Shown: in pieces, positions 29,326 through 38,887 of the stretch
How positions within the stretch are numbered: position 1 is the first letter of the stretch
Layout of the letters: each line of letters begins with the position of its first letter
Assembly: GCA_030018135.1 (NCBI GenBank)
Contig: JASEGJ010000007.1
Coordinates: 1-49,409 of the forward strand
Direction of reading: 5' to 3'
From: Candidatus Hodarchaeaceae archaeon
GTDB lineage: Archaea > Hadarchaeota > Hadarchaeia > Hadarchaeales > Hadarchaeaceae
Length of the DNA: 49,409 nt
The notes under the pieces: generated by a model
What the model was told of the DNA's origin: nothing
The model's input: only the letters and a program-made list of their open reading frames with translations
Databases searched by the model: none
Made by a program: the position numbers and the translations under genes

Positions 29326-29841
29326 TCACTCACGCGCATGCTTGACGATGTGCCCGAGCTCGGGGAGGATGAGCTCCATGGCGACCTCAACCGCATTCGG
29401 AGCACCTGGCAGGCAGAATATGGGCTTCCGTTTTATTACCCCTGCGGTCGCGCGCGTCAGGATCGCCGGCCCGCCGACCTTTTCATAGCCCGTGCGTCTC
29501 AGAAGCTCGCCAAAGCCGGGCAATTCCTTTTCGAGGAGGGGGCATATCGTCTCTATCGTCACATCGCGGGCGGTTATCCCGGTGCCGCCGGTCGTTATTA
29601 TGGCATCGATCTCAGGGTCCGAGCTGAACCTCTCGACGGCGGCCCTGATCTCGTCGGCTTCGTCCGGCAGGATCAGTCGAGTGGGGGCATGGCCGGCTTC
29701 CTTGAGCCTGCGCTCGATAAGCTTCCCTGATACATCCTCATCCTTGCCCTCCTGCATCGCCGCCGCCCGGCTATCGCTCACCGTGAGCACCGCGATACGC
29801 AAGTGCTGTGGCGCGCCCTTTTTGTGCTCTATTCCACCCAT
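29326..29841 (-). CDS. moaB: Molybdopterin adenylyltransferase MoaB/MogA
   Basis: VLTVSD, TTGGTGITARDVT, LPGFGE and FCLPGAP. Confidence 0.92.
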   Translation of the reverse strand: MGGIEHKKGAPQHLRIAVLTVSDSRAAAMQEGKDEDVSGKLIERRLKEAGHAPTRLILPDEADEIRAAVERFSSDPEIDAIITTGGTGITARDVTIETICPLLEKELPGFGELLRRTGYEKVGGPAILTRATAGVIKRKPIFCLPGAPNAVEVAMELILPELGHIVKHARE

Positions 29842-30272
29842 TCTTTCGACTTCCTCACGACCTTAACTCCAGCGATCTCGGTAGTTGGGTACTGCCCAGC
29901 CTCGTCCTTCTCCATCCCCTTGACCATATCCCATATCGCCAGCAGGGCACCTGCGACCCCGACGAGGGCCTCCATTTCCACGCCTGTTTTGCCCATGCTT
30001 TTGACCTCCACATTTACCCGGACGCCCCCCTCCTCCAGCTCAAAATTCACCTCGGTGCTCGTTATGGGGATTGGGTGCGCGAGGGGGATGAACTCGGGCG
30101 TGCGCTTGACCGCCAAGATCGCCGCCGTTTGCGCGACGGTGAGCACGTCCCCCTTCGGTACCTCGCCGGCCCTGATCTTTCTGATCGTGCCCTCCTTCAA
30201 TCGAATGAAGCCGCTGGCCGTTGCGGTCCGCGGGACCTCTGGCTTTATGCTGATGTCGACCATGCGAGCCAT
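29829..30272 (-). CDS. moaC: Cyclic pyranopterin monophosphate synthase
   Basis: MVDISIK, KGDVL, IPLAHP, TGVEMEAL and IWDMVK. Confidence 0.95.
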   Translation of the reverse strand: MARMVDISIKPEVPRTATASGFIRLKEGTIRKIRAGEVPKGDVLTVAQTAAILAVKRTPEFIPLAHPIPITSTEVNFELEEGGVRVNVEVKSMGKTGVEMEALVGVAGALLAIWDMVKGMEKDEAGQYPTTEIAGVKVVRKSKEWVE

Positions 30273-30618
30273 TTAACCACGCCGAATTACTGATGAGGAA
30301 CGTGGTATAAATTCTTGACTAAAGGACAGTACACTAAAAAGCCTGCGGGCGAAATTTTTATCAATCAACAAAAGCTCCTCAACGGGAAAGTATAAAGATT
30401 TCAGTTTTCGTACGTATTAAGCTGTTTTTAAAACGGAGCTTTTTTTGACCTTCTTTTCATCAGTTTTGTAGGATAACGCATTGAACGGAGGCTAAATCGG
30501 GCTTCTTTTCGGCAAGCTTAATACATACCAGTTTTCATGTTGTCAACACCAACGACAAGTGGCGAGCCTCGGTAAGCAGTAAGTATAAATGTTAAGTATA
30601 ACTATTTTTGATGGTAAG

Positions 30619-30861
30619 ATGAGAGTAAAGGCACGTGTCGGTCCCAAGGGGCAGGTGGTAATACCCAAGGAACTAAGGGATGAGTTCAAACTATCCCCCG
30701 GCGATGAGGTCACGTTCGACGCTAATGAGCACACCATCCTGATCTACCCGCGGATTGACCCAAAAAAGTTCGTCGATGAGTTCCTGAGCATTGTCAAAAA
30801 CAAGAAAAAACCGCCTGCAAAAATAGACTGGGACGAACTTTACTACTCTCAATTCGAGTGA
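30619..30861 (+). CDS. AbrB/MazE/SpoVT-type antitoxin
   Basis: RVGPKGQVVIPKELRDEFKLSPGDEV; overlaps the PIN gene (GTGA). Confidence 0.9.
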   Translation: MRVKARVGPKGQVVIPKELRDEFKLSPGDEVTFDANEHTILIYPRIDPKKFVDEFLSIVKNKKKPPAKIDWDELYYSQFE

Positions 30862-31292
30862 CGCCGATGATGTACTGCGACTCCAACCTCTTCATCTACC
30901 CAGCTATTTATGTCGGTGGAAAAGCCGCTATGGCCGGAAAAGTTCTTGAGGCGCTGGCGGAGGGCAAACTGGAGGGGCTGACGTGCTCCCTCACGATTGA
31001 CGAGGTTCTCTGGATCGTGTGGAAAAATGCCAGCAAGGTTGCGGCGATCGAGCAGGCCAAACGAGTTCTGGAGTTCCCCAACCTCAAAGTCGTCGACACG
31101 AGGGCTTCAGATATGAGAAAGGCAATGGATCTCATCAAAAAATACGACCTCAGGCCGCGGGATGCCATCCACGCCGCTTGCAGCCTGAACCACGCTATTT
31201 TTTCGATAATCTCTGATGACGCCGATTTCGATGCCGTTGGGGAACTGAAGAGGCTGAGTTTCGAAGATGTAGTTTCCATGCAAAGGTTGTAG
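30858..31292 (+). CDS. vapC: PIN-domain VapC toxin
   Basis: YCDSNLFIY, DEV, DAIHAA and ISDDADFD acidic PIN motifs. Confidence 0.9.
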   Translation: MTPMMYCDSNLFIYPAIYVGGKAAMAGKVLEALAEGKLEGLTCSLTIDEVLWIVWKNASKVAAIEQAKRVLEFPNLKVVDTRASDMRKAMDLIKKYDLRPRDAIHAACSLNHAIFSIISDDADFDAVGELKRLSFEDVVSMQRL

Positions 31293-31482
31293 TCCCGAGC
31301 GTTGGCTATGGAATTTTTGGAAAATTTCGACGCTCTCGATCAAGATGCATGGGAGCGGGACCGGCGAGATACCTTCGTTCGATATTTGATGAAATTGAAG
31401 ATATCATGAGGACGTCGGAATAGTCTGAAAGTCCTCGGCGATCGTGGCACAAGAGAAATGCGGCCGGGTCCGTTCAACGACG

Positions 31483-31767
31483 TTAATAGTACATGAGATT
31501 TAGGTGGGGCTCCTCCACGGGCGACCAGACGTAGTTCCTGCCAAACTTCGCTCGCCTGACCCTTCCGGAGCGCTCGAGCTGTTTTAATGTCCGACGAACA
31601 TCCTCGGTCCCGCAGCCGAGGATGTGCGCTATGTCCCTAGCCTGCAGGCAGCCGTAGCGGCGCAGGATGTACTCGATAACCTCGCTCCGTATGTTCAGGG
31701 GCCAGTATTCCTCTTCCTCTTCACCTTCTTCTTCCTCTTCTTGGATGTATTCAGGCATTTCTCGCAT
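31483..31767 (-). CDS. Small winged-helix protein with acidic N-terminus and C-terminal LMYY
   Basis: EEEEEGEEEEE tract; ARDIAHILGCGTEDVRRTLKQLERSGRV HTH. ATG 31767 follows AGGGGTG. Confidence 0.75.
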   Translation of the reverse strand: MREMPEYIQEEEEEGEEEEEYWPLNIRSEVIEYILRRYGCLQARDIAHILGCGTEDVRRTLKQLERSGRVRRAKFGRNYVWSPVEEPHLNLMYY

Positions 31768-31825
31768 TTTTGCACCCCTTTCTACATCGAAGATGAAGTT
31801 CAAAAGATTTTCTATTGGAAGCTAG

Positions 31826-32221
31826 CTAATAGACCTCCTCGGGTTTGAACTTTCGCTTGAGCACCTGCACCAGCTCGCCGCGTTCAACCTTGCGGTAGAA
31901 ACAAGAATAATAGCCCTTGTGGCAGGCGGCGCCGACCTGTTCGACGTCGAACACGAGCGCATCGCCGTTGCAATCTACCCAAACGTCGCGCACATGTTGA
32001 TAATGCCTCGAAACCTCGCCCTTGAGCCAGAGCCGCCCGCGGGAGCGGCTCCAATAGTGCATCAAGCCGGTCGTCAGCGTCCTGATCACCGCTTCCTCAT
32101 TCATGTGGGCGACCATGAGCACATCCTTGCTCCTGAAGTCGCGCGCCACCGCTGTCACCAATCCATCCCTAAAGCTTAGCTTTTTGACGACCGACTGCGC
32201 CTGTCTTAACGAGAATTTCAA
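31826..32221 (-). CDS. hisI: Phosphoribosyl-AMP cyclohydrolase (monofunctional)
   Basis: YWSRSR..LWLKGEVS, DCNGD and ACHKGYYSCF. Confidence 0.93.
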   Translation of the reverse strand: MKFSLRQAQSVVKKLSFRDGLVTAVARDFRSKDVLMVAHMNEEAVIRTLTTGLMHYWSRSRGRLWLKGEVSRHYQHVRDVWVDCNGDALVFDVEQVGAACHKGYYSCFYRKVERGELVQVLKRKFKPEEVY

Positions 32222-32826
32222 GTCGATCCCGCCATCCTCACGAAGTTGCGTATAATTTGCAACCCCAACTTGCCGCTCTTCTCCGGGTGAAATTGCGTGC
32301 CGATGATCGAGCCGAGCGCGATAATCGATGGAAACTCGACGCCATAGCTCGTGGTAGCTACGACCGTGCTTGGATCCTTTGGGTTGGCGTAATAGGAGTG
32401 GACGAAGTACATGTTGCTGCCCGATGCAATGTTGGAGGTGATTTCGTGCGCCCGTCTCAACCTAATGGAATTCCACCCCATATGGGGCACCTTCAGGCCG
32501 CGAGGCAATCTCACCGCCTCCCCGGGGATCAGGTCTAAACCGCGGGAGTTGCCCTCCTCACTCGAGGTCAGCAACAGTTGCATGCCCAAGCAAATGCCCA
32601 ACAACGGTTTTTCCGCAGCTGTCGCCTCGCCGACGATATCAAGTTTGTCCTCAAGTTGTTCCATCGCGCTTTCAAATGCCCCGACGCCCGGGAGCACTAT
32701 GGCATCCGCTGCCGATATCTCGGCTGACTCGCTGGAGACCTTGACTTGGGCGCCAGCCAGTTCCATGCCCCGACGGATGCTATGCAGATTGCCGACTCCG
32801 TAGTCCACGATCGCAACCGCCACCAT
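32218..32826 (-). CDS. hisH: Imidazole glycerol phosphate synthase, glutaminase subunit
   Basis: DYGVGNL, LPGVGAF, GICLGMQ, PHMGWN and QFHPEKS. Confidence 0.96.
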   Translation of the reverse strand: MVAVAIVDYGVGNLHSIRRGMELAGAQVKVSSESAEISAADAIVLPGVGAFESAMEQLEDKLDIVGEATAAEKPLLGICLGMQLLLTSSEEGNSRGLDLIPGEAVRLPRGLKVPHMGWNSIRLRRAHEITSNIASGSNMYFVHSYYANPKDPSTVVATTSYGVEFPSIIALGSIIGTQFHPEKSGKLGLQIIRNFVRMAGST

Positions 32827-32861
32827 TGCCTACACCTCCTCCGAACTCAGCCATTGCCCCA

Positions 32862-34163
32862 TCACTTCTTCAACCTCGTCCGTATGCTCTGCGCATGGCC
32901 GGGCAGACCCTCGACCTCCGCCAGCTTTTCGACGATGTCCGCCAAGCGCTCCAAACCCCGCTTGGTCAGCATCTGCACGCTGGGCAACCGCACGAAGTCG
33001 AGCACGGAGAGGCCGGAGCACCGCCTAGCACTTCCGCCCGTGGGGAGGATGTGGCTCGGCCCAACCGCGAGGTCGCCGGCGGTTGCTGGCGCATAAGGCC
33101 CTATGAAGACCGCGCCCGCGTTACGTATTTTTTTCAGCGCCTGCTTGGGGCGCCCCACCATCAACTGCAGGTGTTCGGGAGCATAATCGTTCACAAATTC
33201 TACGGCATCCGCTAGATCGCGCGCAACCAGCACGCGCCCGTATCTGCCAAGCGATTTTAGCACGATATCTTTGCGGGGAGCTTCTTCGGCCATGCCTCGA
33301 ACGAGCTCGCATACCCTTGAAGCTAGCTCCTCCGACGTCGTCACCAAAACTGCTGCTGCGGCTGGATCGTGTTCAGCTTGTGCTATCAGGTCAGCTGCCA
33401 CATAGCTTGGATCCGCGGACGAATCGGCGAGGATGAGGATTTCACTCGGGCCAGCGGCAAAGTCTATGTCCACGTCAGCTGCAACTACCTGCTTAGCGGC
33501 CACGACGTAAACGTTCCCTGGACCGACTATCTTATCTACCCTCGGCACGGTCCGCGTACCGTACGCCATCGCAGCTACGGCCTGCGCTCCGCCGACCCTG
33601 AACACCTCATCTGCGCCGGCCACATCAGCGGCGACGAGGGTGGCGGGGTCAACTTTGCCGTCGCGCAGCGGTGGGGTGCACACGATGACCCGCTCAACAC
33701 CGGCCACCCTCGCTGGGACGACCGCCATGAGCACGCTCGAGGGATACCTCGCCAGCCCACCGGGGGAGTAAACGCCAACCCTCTCCAAGGGGCGCACCAA
33801 CTGGCCGGCCTTCACGCCGGGTTGCAGTTCGTCGATCCATCCGCGCGGCACTTGCTTGAGGTGGAATTTCCTGATCGCTCGGGCCGCACTTTTAATCGCC
33901 CCAACGAATTTTGCGTCCGTTTGCTCGTACGCGGCGCTTACCTCCTCGCTGGCGATGCGAAGCTGTTCGCATCTGAGCTTTATGCCATCGAAGCGCTCGG
34001 TGTACTTTATCAACGCGTCGTCGCCCCACCTGCGCACATCCTCCACGATCTCGCGCACCCTGGGGACTACCGAGGCGACATCAAGCTCGGAGCGCTTTAG
34101 CAGCTGCTTCCGCTCGTCCGATGAGCACTCCCACAGGCGCACGACCTTCAAGGGTGTTTTCAT
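32862..34163 (-). CDS. hisD: Histidinol dehydrogenase
   Basis: YPSSVLM, GGAQAVAA, GPGNVYV, AGPSE, QAEHD and APEHL. Confidence 0.96.
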   Translation of the reverse strand: MKTPLKVVRLWECSSDERKQLLKRSELDVASVVPRVREIVEDVRRWGDDALIKYTERFDGIKLRCEQLRIASEEVSAAYEQTDAKFVGAIKSAARAIRKFHLKQVPRGWIDELQPGVKAGQLVRPLERVGVYSPGGLARYPSSVLMAVVPARVAGVERVIVCTPPLRDGKVDPATLVAADVAGADEVFRVGGAQAVAAMAYGTRTVPRVDKIVGPGNVYVVAAKQVVAADVDIDFAAGPSEILILADSSADPSYVAADLIAQAEHDPAAAAVLVTTSEELASRVCELVRGMAEEAPRKDIVLKSLGRYGRVLVARDLADAVEFVNDYAPEHLQLMVGRPKQALKKIRNAGAVFIGPYAPATAGDLAVGPSHILPTGGSARRCSGLSVLDFVRLPSVQMLTKRGLERLADIVEKLAEVEGLPGHAQSIRTRLKK

Positions 34164-34181
34164 TCACAAACCCCAGTTATA

Positions 34182-34940
34182 TCACAGCCTCACCGGTACC
34201 CCCCGCTCTAGCAGGTATCGCTTGACGTCTTCGACAGTGTAAACGCCGAAGTGGAATATGCCCGCGACCAACGCGGCATCCGCCCGCCCGATGGTTAGGG
34301 CTTCATATATATGCTGGGGATTTCCAGCACCCCCCGAGGCGATTACGGGTATGCCCACCGCCTCCGCTATCGTGCATGTCAGCTCAAGGTCGTAGCCCGC
34401 CCGTGTGCCATCCGCATCTATGCTGGTTAGGAGGATCTCGCCGGCGCCGAGCGACTCCACCCTCCTCGCCCACTCGAGCGCGTCCATGCCCGTGGGCCTG
34501 CGGGCGCCGTAGGTATAAACTTCCCACCTCTGCCGCCCGATCAGCTTTGCGTCGATGGCTATGACTATGCACTGGGTTCCAAAGCGTTGCGCCGCCCGCC
34601 GCACGAGCTCTGGGTTCTCCACCGCTGCCGTGTTTATCGCCACCTTGTCCGCGCCGGAGCGGAGCATCCGCCCTATGTGCTCGAGCGAGCGTATACCGCC
34701 TCCAACGGTCAGCGGGATGAAAAGCTGCTCCGCCGTGCGCTCGACGACGCTAAACATTGCCTCCCTGCCCTCCGGCGATGCGCCTATGTCCAGGAATACC
34801 ACCTCGTCGGCCCCCTGCTCATCGTACCACCTCGCGAGTTCCGCCGGGTCGCCCGCATCCCTCAGATCCTTGAACCTTATACCCTTGACCACTCGGCCGT
34901 TTAACACATCCAGGCACGGGATGATCCGCTTCGTCAACAT
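34182..34940 (-). CDS. hisF: Imidazole glycerol phosphate synthase, cyclase subunit
   Basis: [19 protein letters not shown] and [14 protein letters not shown]. Confidence 0.97.
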   Translation of the reverse strand: MLTKRIIPCLDVLNGRVVKGIRFKDLRDAGDPAELARWYDEQGADEVVFLDIGASPEGREAMFSVVERTAEQLFIPLTVGGGIRSLEHIGRMLRSGADKVAINTAAVENPELVRRAAQRFGTQCIVIAIDAKLIGRQRWEVYTYGARRPTGMDALEWARRVESLGAGEILLTSIDADGTRAGYDLELTCTIAEAVGIPVIASGGAGNPQHIYEALTIGRADAALVAGIFHFGVYTVEDVKRYLLERGVPVRL

Positions 34941-35516
34941 CTACAATACCCCCTTGGTGCTGGGCACGCCGCGCCTCCCCGGCTCCCTGCGCACCGCCTC
35001 CTTCAGTGCCACCCCCAGAGCCTTGAAAATCGCCTCCGCCTTGTGGTGGTCGTTGCGCCCGCGCATCACTTGCACGTGCAGATTCAGCTTGCCGTTCGCC
35101 GCGAAGGTTTGGAGCAGGTGCGTGACGAGATCTGCGCTCAGGTCGTCCAATCTCTTCTTCGCAAATCTCGCCTCCACATCGGCATACGCGCGCCCGCCGA
35201 GGTCGACTGCCACCAGCACTAGTGCGTCGTCCATTGGCAGGATGGAGTCGCCCGCTCGACGGATGCCCGCCTTTGCGCCGAGCGCCTTGTCCAGGGCAGA
35301 GCCTAGGGCTATCATCACATCCTCCGCGATGTGGTGCTCGAGGTCGCCTCGCGCCCGGACCCTGACGTCGAAGCAGCCGTGCTTCGCAAAGCTGCTGAGC
35401 AGGTGGTCGAAAAACTTTATGCCGGTGTCGACGTCCACCTTGCCCGAGCCGTCCAAATTTATCGCGACATCGACCGCAGTTTCCTTTGTTTTTCTACCGA
35501 CCTTGCCCACCCTCAT
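34941..35516 (-). CDS. hisB: Imidazoleglycerol-phosphate dehydratase
   Basis: [30 protein letters not shown] and PSTKGVL. Confidence 0.96.
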   Translation of the reverse strand: MRVGKVGRKTKETAVDVAINLDGSGKVDVDTGIKFFDHLLSSFAKHGCFDVRVRARGDLEHHIAEDVMIALGSALDKALGAKAGIRRAGDSILPMDDALVLVAVDLGGRAYADVEARFAKKRLDDLSADLVTHLLQTFAANGKLNLHVQVMRGRNDHHKAEAIFKALGVALKEAVRREPGRRGVPSTKGVL

Positions 35517-36232
35517 TCCGCCACCTCCATCGCCTGCCTAAGCGTGAGCCTGCCCTCGTAAAGGGCCATCCCTATCACCAACCCGGCCGCCCCTGCCTCG
35601 CGGGCCGTCCTCACGTCCTCGACCGAAGCCACCCCTCCAGCCGCGAAGACCGGTATTTTGACGGCCCGCACGAGTTCTCGGATGGCCCCCGCCGCAACGC
35701 CGGCCATCCTTCCCTCGACATCCACGTTCGTAAACAACAGCGACCCGACGCCCATGCGCTCGAACTCCCTCGCCAGCTCGACCGCGGGCCTCTGCGTGGG
35801 CGTGGCCCAACCCTCTATGACCGCCCTGCCAGCCCGGGTGTCGATCGCCGCCATTATCCTCGCCCCGCCAGCGAGTTCGACAAGCTCGCGTGCCAGCTCC
35901 GGCTCCCTTATCATAGCCGTGCTCAGGATCACCCTATCTGCCCCTATCCCAAGGAGTTCGGAAGCCCTTTCAGCTGATCGGATGCCTCCACCGACCTGCA
36001 CTCCCACATTTACGCTTGCCAGCACTTCGGCGATCTTGTTGAAGTTGTCGCCCGTGCCCATAGCGGCATCTAGGTCTATGAGGTGCAGGTAGCGGGCCCC
36101 CTCGGCTATCCATCGTTGGGCGGCTTCCACCGGGTCGCCGTAAACCCGCTCGGTCTCTGGCCTGCCTCCGACCAGCTGGACGCATCGCCCCCTTCTGATG
36201 TCAACGCTTGGGATCACCAACATCATCATCAC
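35513..36232 (-). CDS. hisA: ProFAR isomerase
   Basis: IPSVDI..GRCVQL, HLIDLD, QVGGGIR and AAGGV. Confidence 0.95.
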   Translation of the reverse strand: MMMMLVIPSVDIRRGRCVQLVGGRPETERVYGDPVEAAQRWIAEGARYLHLIDLDAAMGTGDNFNKIAEVLASVNVGVQVGGGIRSAERASELLGIGADRVILSTAMIREPELARELVELAGGARIMAAIDTRAGRAVIEGWATPTQRPAVELAREFERMGVGSLLFTNVDVEGRMAGVAAGAIRELVRAVKIPVFAAGGVASVEDVRTAREAGAAGLVIGMALYEGRLTLRQAMEVAE

Positions 36233-36248
36233 TTCACTGGTGTGTGCA

Positions 36249-37109
36249 TTAAGGCAGGATCCGCTCGATCGGCACCACCAAGATATCGCGGGCCCCAGCC
36301 GCCTTCGCCCTCCTCACCACCTCGTATACCTCGTCCGCATCGACGACCGCCTGCACAGCTAACATGGGCTCCGCGGCCTCCACCCTGGAAATGGTCGGCC
36401 CCGCCATGCCCGGCATCACTCGCTTGATCTCCGGAAGCTTTGCCTCGGGCACGTTCATGAGCACCAGCTTGCGCCCCCTCGCCCTGAGCACGCTGCTGAT
36501 CGCCGTCGTTATGTACTCGATCTTGGTCCCCTTCTCCTGCAGGCTCCTGCGATTCGCGATCAACCGGGCGGTGCTGCTCAATATCGTATCGACGACGCAC
36601 AAGCCGTGCGTGCGCAACGTCGTGCCAGTGCTGATTATGTCAACTATTAGGTCGGCCACCCCTATCAGCGGCGTTATCTCGGTGGCCCCCGTGACGTGCA
36701 CGAGTTCGACCTCGATGCCGCTCTCCCTGAAGTAGCGCTTAGTTATGTTTGGAAATTCCGTCGCAACCCTCATGCCCGGCTTTACGTCGCTTGTCGCCTT
36801 GATGCCGGATTTTTCGTGCGCCGCGACGATCAGCTTCGCTGAGCCATAGCCAAGGTCAAGCAGCTCGACGACATCCCCCCCGCTCTCCTGCACAAGGTCA
36901 TGCCCAGTTATGCCCATGTCCGTCGCTCCCTTCGCCACGAGGTCCGTTACGTCCTGCGCTCGGACGAACACAAGTTCGATTTCCGGGTCGTTCGTCCGCG
37001 CGAAGAGCTGTCGCACATCCCTGTTGATGACCCCTATGCCGGAGTCCTCCAGCAATCTGATCGTCGCCTCCTCCAAGTGCCCCTTCGGGACGGCAATTTT
37101 GACGACCAC
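36249..37109 (-). CDS. hisG: ATP phosphoribosyltransferase (long form)
   Basis: AVPKGHL, GITGHD, GATE, DIISTGTTL and a C-terminal regulatory domain. Confidence 0.95.
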   Translation of the reverse strand: MVVKIAVPKGHLEEATIRLLEDSGIGVINRDVRQLFARTNDPEIELVFVRAQDVTDLVAKGATDMGITGHDLVQESGGDVVELLDLGYGSAKLIVAAHEKSGIKATSDVKPGMRVATEFPNITKRYFRESGIEVELVHVTGATEITPLIGVADLIVDIISTGTTLRTHGLCVVDTILSSTARLIANRRSLQEKGTKIEYITTAISSVLRARGRKLVLMNVPEAKLPEIKRVMPGMAGPTISRVEAAEPMLAVQAVVDADEVYEVVRRAKAAGARDILVVPIERILP

Positions 37110-38234
37110 CTAACCACCTCCCTTGAATTTTCTTACCGCCACCACGAGCCGCTCGTTCTGGCGCGGGGTACCCACGCTTATTCGAACGTAGCTCGGACCC
37201 GCCCCCCTGAACCTCGATAGGTCGCGGATCAAGATGCCGCGCCTAGCTAGGAATTCGCATAGCCTCGGCGCATCGGTGTCCAGGGGTCTGACGTCCGCCA
37301 TCAGGAAATTTGCATCCGATGGCAGGACGAGCATGCCCGCCTTCGAGAGTTCCCGGCGCAGGTAGTCGCGGCCCGCGCGAACGACGCCCACGACCTTTTG
37401 CAAATATCGCCCGTCGCGCAGGGCTGCCACGGCTGCGGACTGAGCTATGCGATTGACGTTGAATGGGGCGCGAATTCTCTCGAGCGCATCGACGAGTTCC
37501 GGGGACCCGATGGCGTAGCCTATCCTAACGCCCGCCAGCCCGAACGCCTTGGAAAACGTGCGCAGTACGAGCAAGTTCTCGCGCCTCGTCGCTTCCTTGA
37601 CGACGGAATAACCGGCAAACTCCGCGTAGGCCTCGTCTACCACGATAAGCTTGCCGCATGCGATGAGCTTTCGCAAGCCTATCAAGCTGATGCTATTGCC
37701 GGTTGGGTTGTTCGGCCGGCCGATGAAAGCCAGCCTTGCGTCGGACATGGCATCCGAGAGCTCCGCCGCTCGCCACCTGAAGTTTGGCAGCTCGACGAAC
37801 TTCGGCGAGCCGCCATTGACGCGGCAGGCGATTTCGTACATGCTAAAGGTCGGCAGCGGTATCAGCGCTCGATCATTTGGGTCCATGAAGGCTTTACATA
37901 TCAGATCGACTAGCTCGTCCGAGCCGTTTCCGATGGCTATGCACTCGACATCGATGTCCAGGTAGTCGGCGATCGCCCGTTTGAGCTCCCCCGCCCTCGG
38001 GTCGGGATACAGGCCGATATACTTGGCCTCCCGCCTGATTGCCCTGAGCACGCTCGGCGATGGCCCGAGTGGGCTCTCGTTCGAGCTGAGCTTGACGACC
38101 GCCTTCGACTCGATGTCGCACTCGCGCGCGGAGTCGGCGAGCGGGTACACCATGCCCGACCGCGATAGCTCCTCAACGCGCCTTGAGAGCATCCCGCGCA
38201 CTTTCTGACATTTTGGCCTCACGTTCGACATCAC
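37110..38234 (-). CDS. hisC: Histidinol-phosphate aminotransferase
   Basis: KLSSNESP, GNGSDE, PNNPTG, DEAYAEF and RTFSKAFGLAGVRIG. Confidence 0.93.
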   Translation of the reverse strand: MMSNVRPKCQKVRGMLSRRVEELSRSGMVYPLADSARECDIESKAVVKLSSNESPLGPSPSVLRAIRREAKYIGLYPDPRAGELKRAIADYLDIDVECIAIGNGSDELVDLICKAFMDPNDRALIPLPTFSMYEIACRVNGGSPKFVELPNFRWRAAELSDAMSDARLAFIGRPNNPTGNSISLIGLRKLIACGKLIVVDEAYAEFAGYSVVKEATRRENLLVLRTFSKAFGLAGVRIGYAIGSPELVDALERIRAPFNVNRIAQSAAVAALRDGRYLQKVVGVVRAGRDYLRRELSKAGMLVLPSDANFLMADVRPLDTDAPRLCEFLARRGILIRDLSRFRGAGPSYVRISVGTPRQNERLVVAVRKFKGGG

Positions 38235-38887
38235 AACCCCTCCAGCAGCAGCTTTGGGTTTTCGACCACTGCCATTTGAGCATCTCCTTCGCTCAACCCA
38301 GCGCCCCTCGCCACCCTCAGCGCCTCCTCCAGCGTCAGCAGCTCATCTGGCGTGTGGGCATCGGTGTTCACGAGCAACTTCGCCTTACTCTCCATCGCCG
38401 TGCGCGCGATCCAGCCGTTTGCCATGCAGTGCCCCTGCCTCGACGTCAACTCGAGGTAGATGCCCCCCTCGTGCGCGCGGTCAGCTTGCTCCTGCGTGAG
38501 CAGCCCCGGGTGCGCGAGGATGTTGACGTCTGACGATGAGAGGGCGGCGTCGTTCGTGCCCTCGTGGACGGGTTCGACCAGCGTTTCGCCGTGGACCACG
38601 ACGAGTTCAGCGCCCAGCCTTCGAGCGAGCCTCGCCAGCTTCGCTATGGTTTTTATCGGCACGTGCGTGAGTTCGGCGCCCGGCACCACGCGGATGTCCA
38701 TGTGGCGATTGAGCTCGGCGGCGACCTTTGCTATCCTCGGCACCACCCAGTCGATGTTCGAGAGGTCGACGTGATCCGTTATCGCGATCGCCTCGTGCCC
38801 GAGGCGTTCAGCCCTGCGCGCCAGCTCGCTCGGCACAAGCTCGCCGTCGCTCAGCAGCGAGTGGGTGTGCAGGTCGATGCGCTTCAT
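38231..38887 (-). CDS. PHP-domain protein, putative histidinol-phosphate phosphatase
   Basis: DLHTHS, ITDH, GAELTH, VHGET, LAHPG and NTDAH motifs; located inside the his operon. Confidence 0.8.
   Translation of the reverse strand: MKRIDLHTHSLLSDGELVPSELARRAERLGHEAIAITDHVDLSNIDWVVPRIAKVAAELNRHMDIRVVPGAELTHVPIKTIAKLARLARRLGAELVVVHGETLVEPVHEGTNDAALSSSDVNILAHPGLLTQEQADRAHEGGIYLELTSRQGHCMANGWIARTAMESKAKLLVNTDAHTPDELLTLEEALRVARGAGLSEGDAQMAVVENPKLLLEGL

Noticed and set aside
30370-30443. 9-bp inverted repeat AAAAGCTCC...GGAGCTTTT
   Set aside because: Short, in AT-rich DNA, with no target duplication or transposase; cannot support a MITE or structured RNA.
31308-31409. Short ORF MEFLENFDALDQDAWERDRRDTFVRYLMKLKIS after vapC
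   Set aside because: No RBS or recognisable motif; possibly a gene remnant but unsupported.
31709-31741. GAA/GAG-type low-complexity repeat
   Set aside because: It simply encodes the poly-Glu tract of the wHTH protein.
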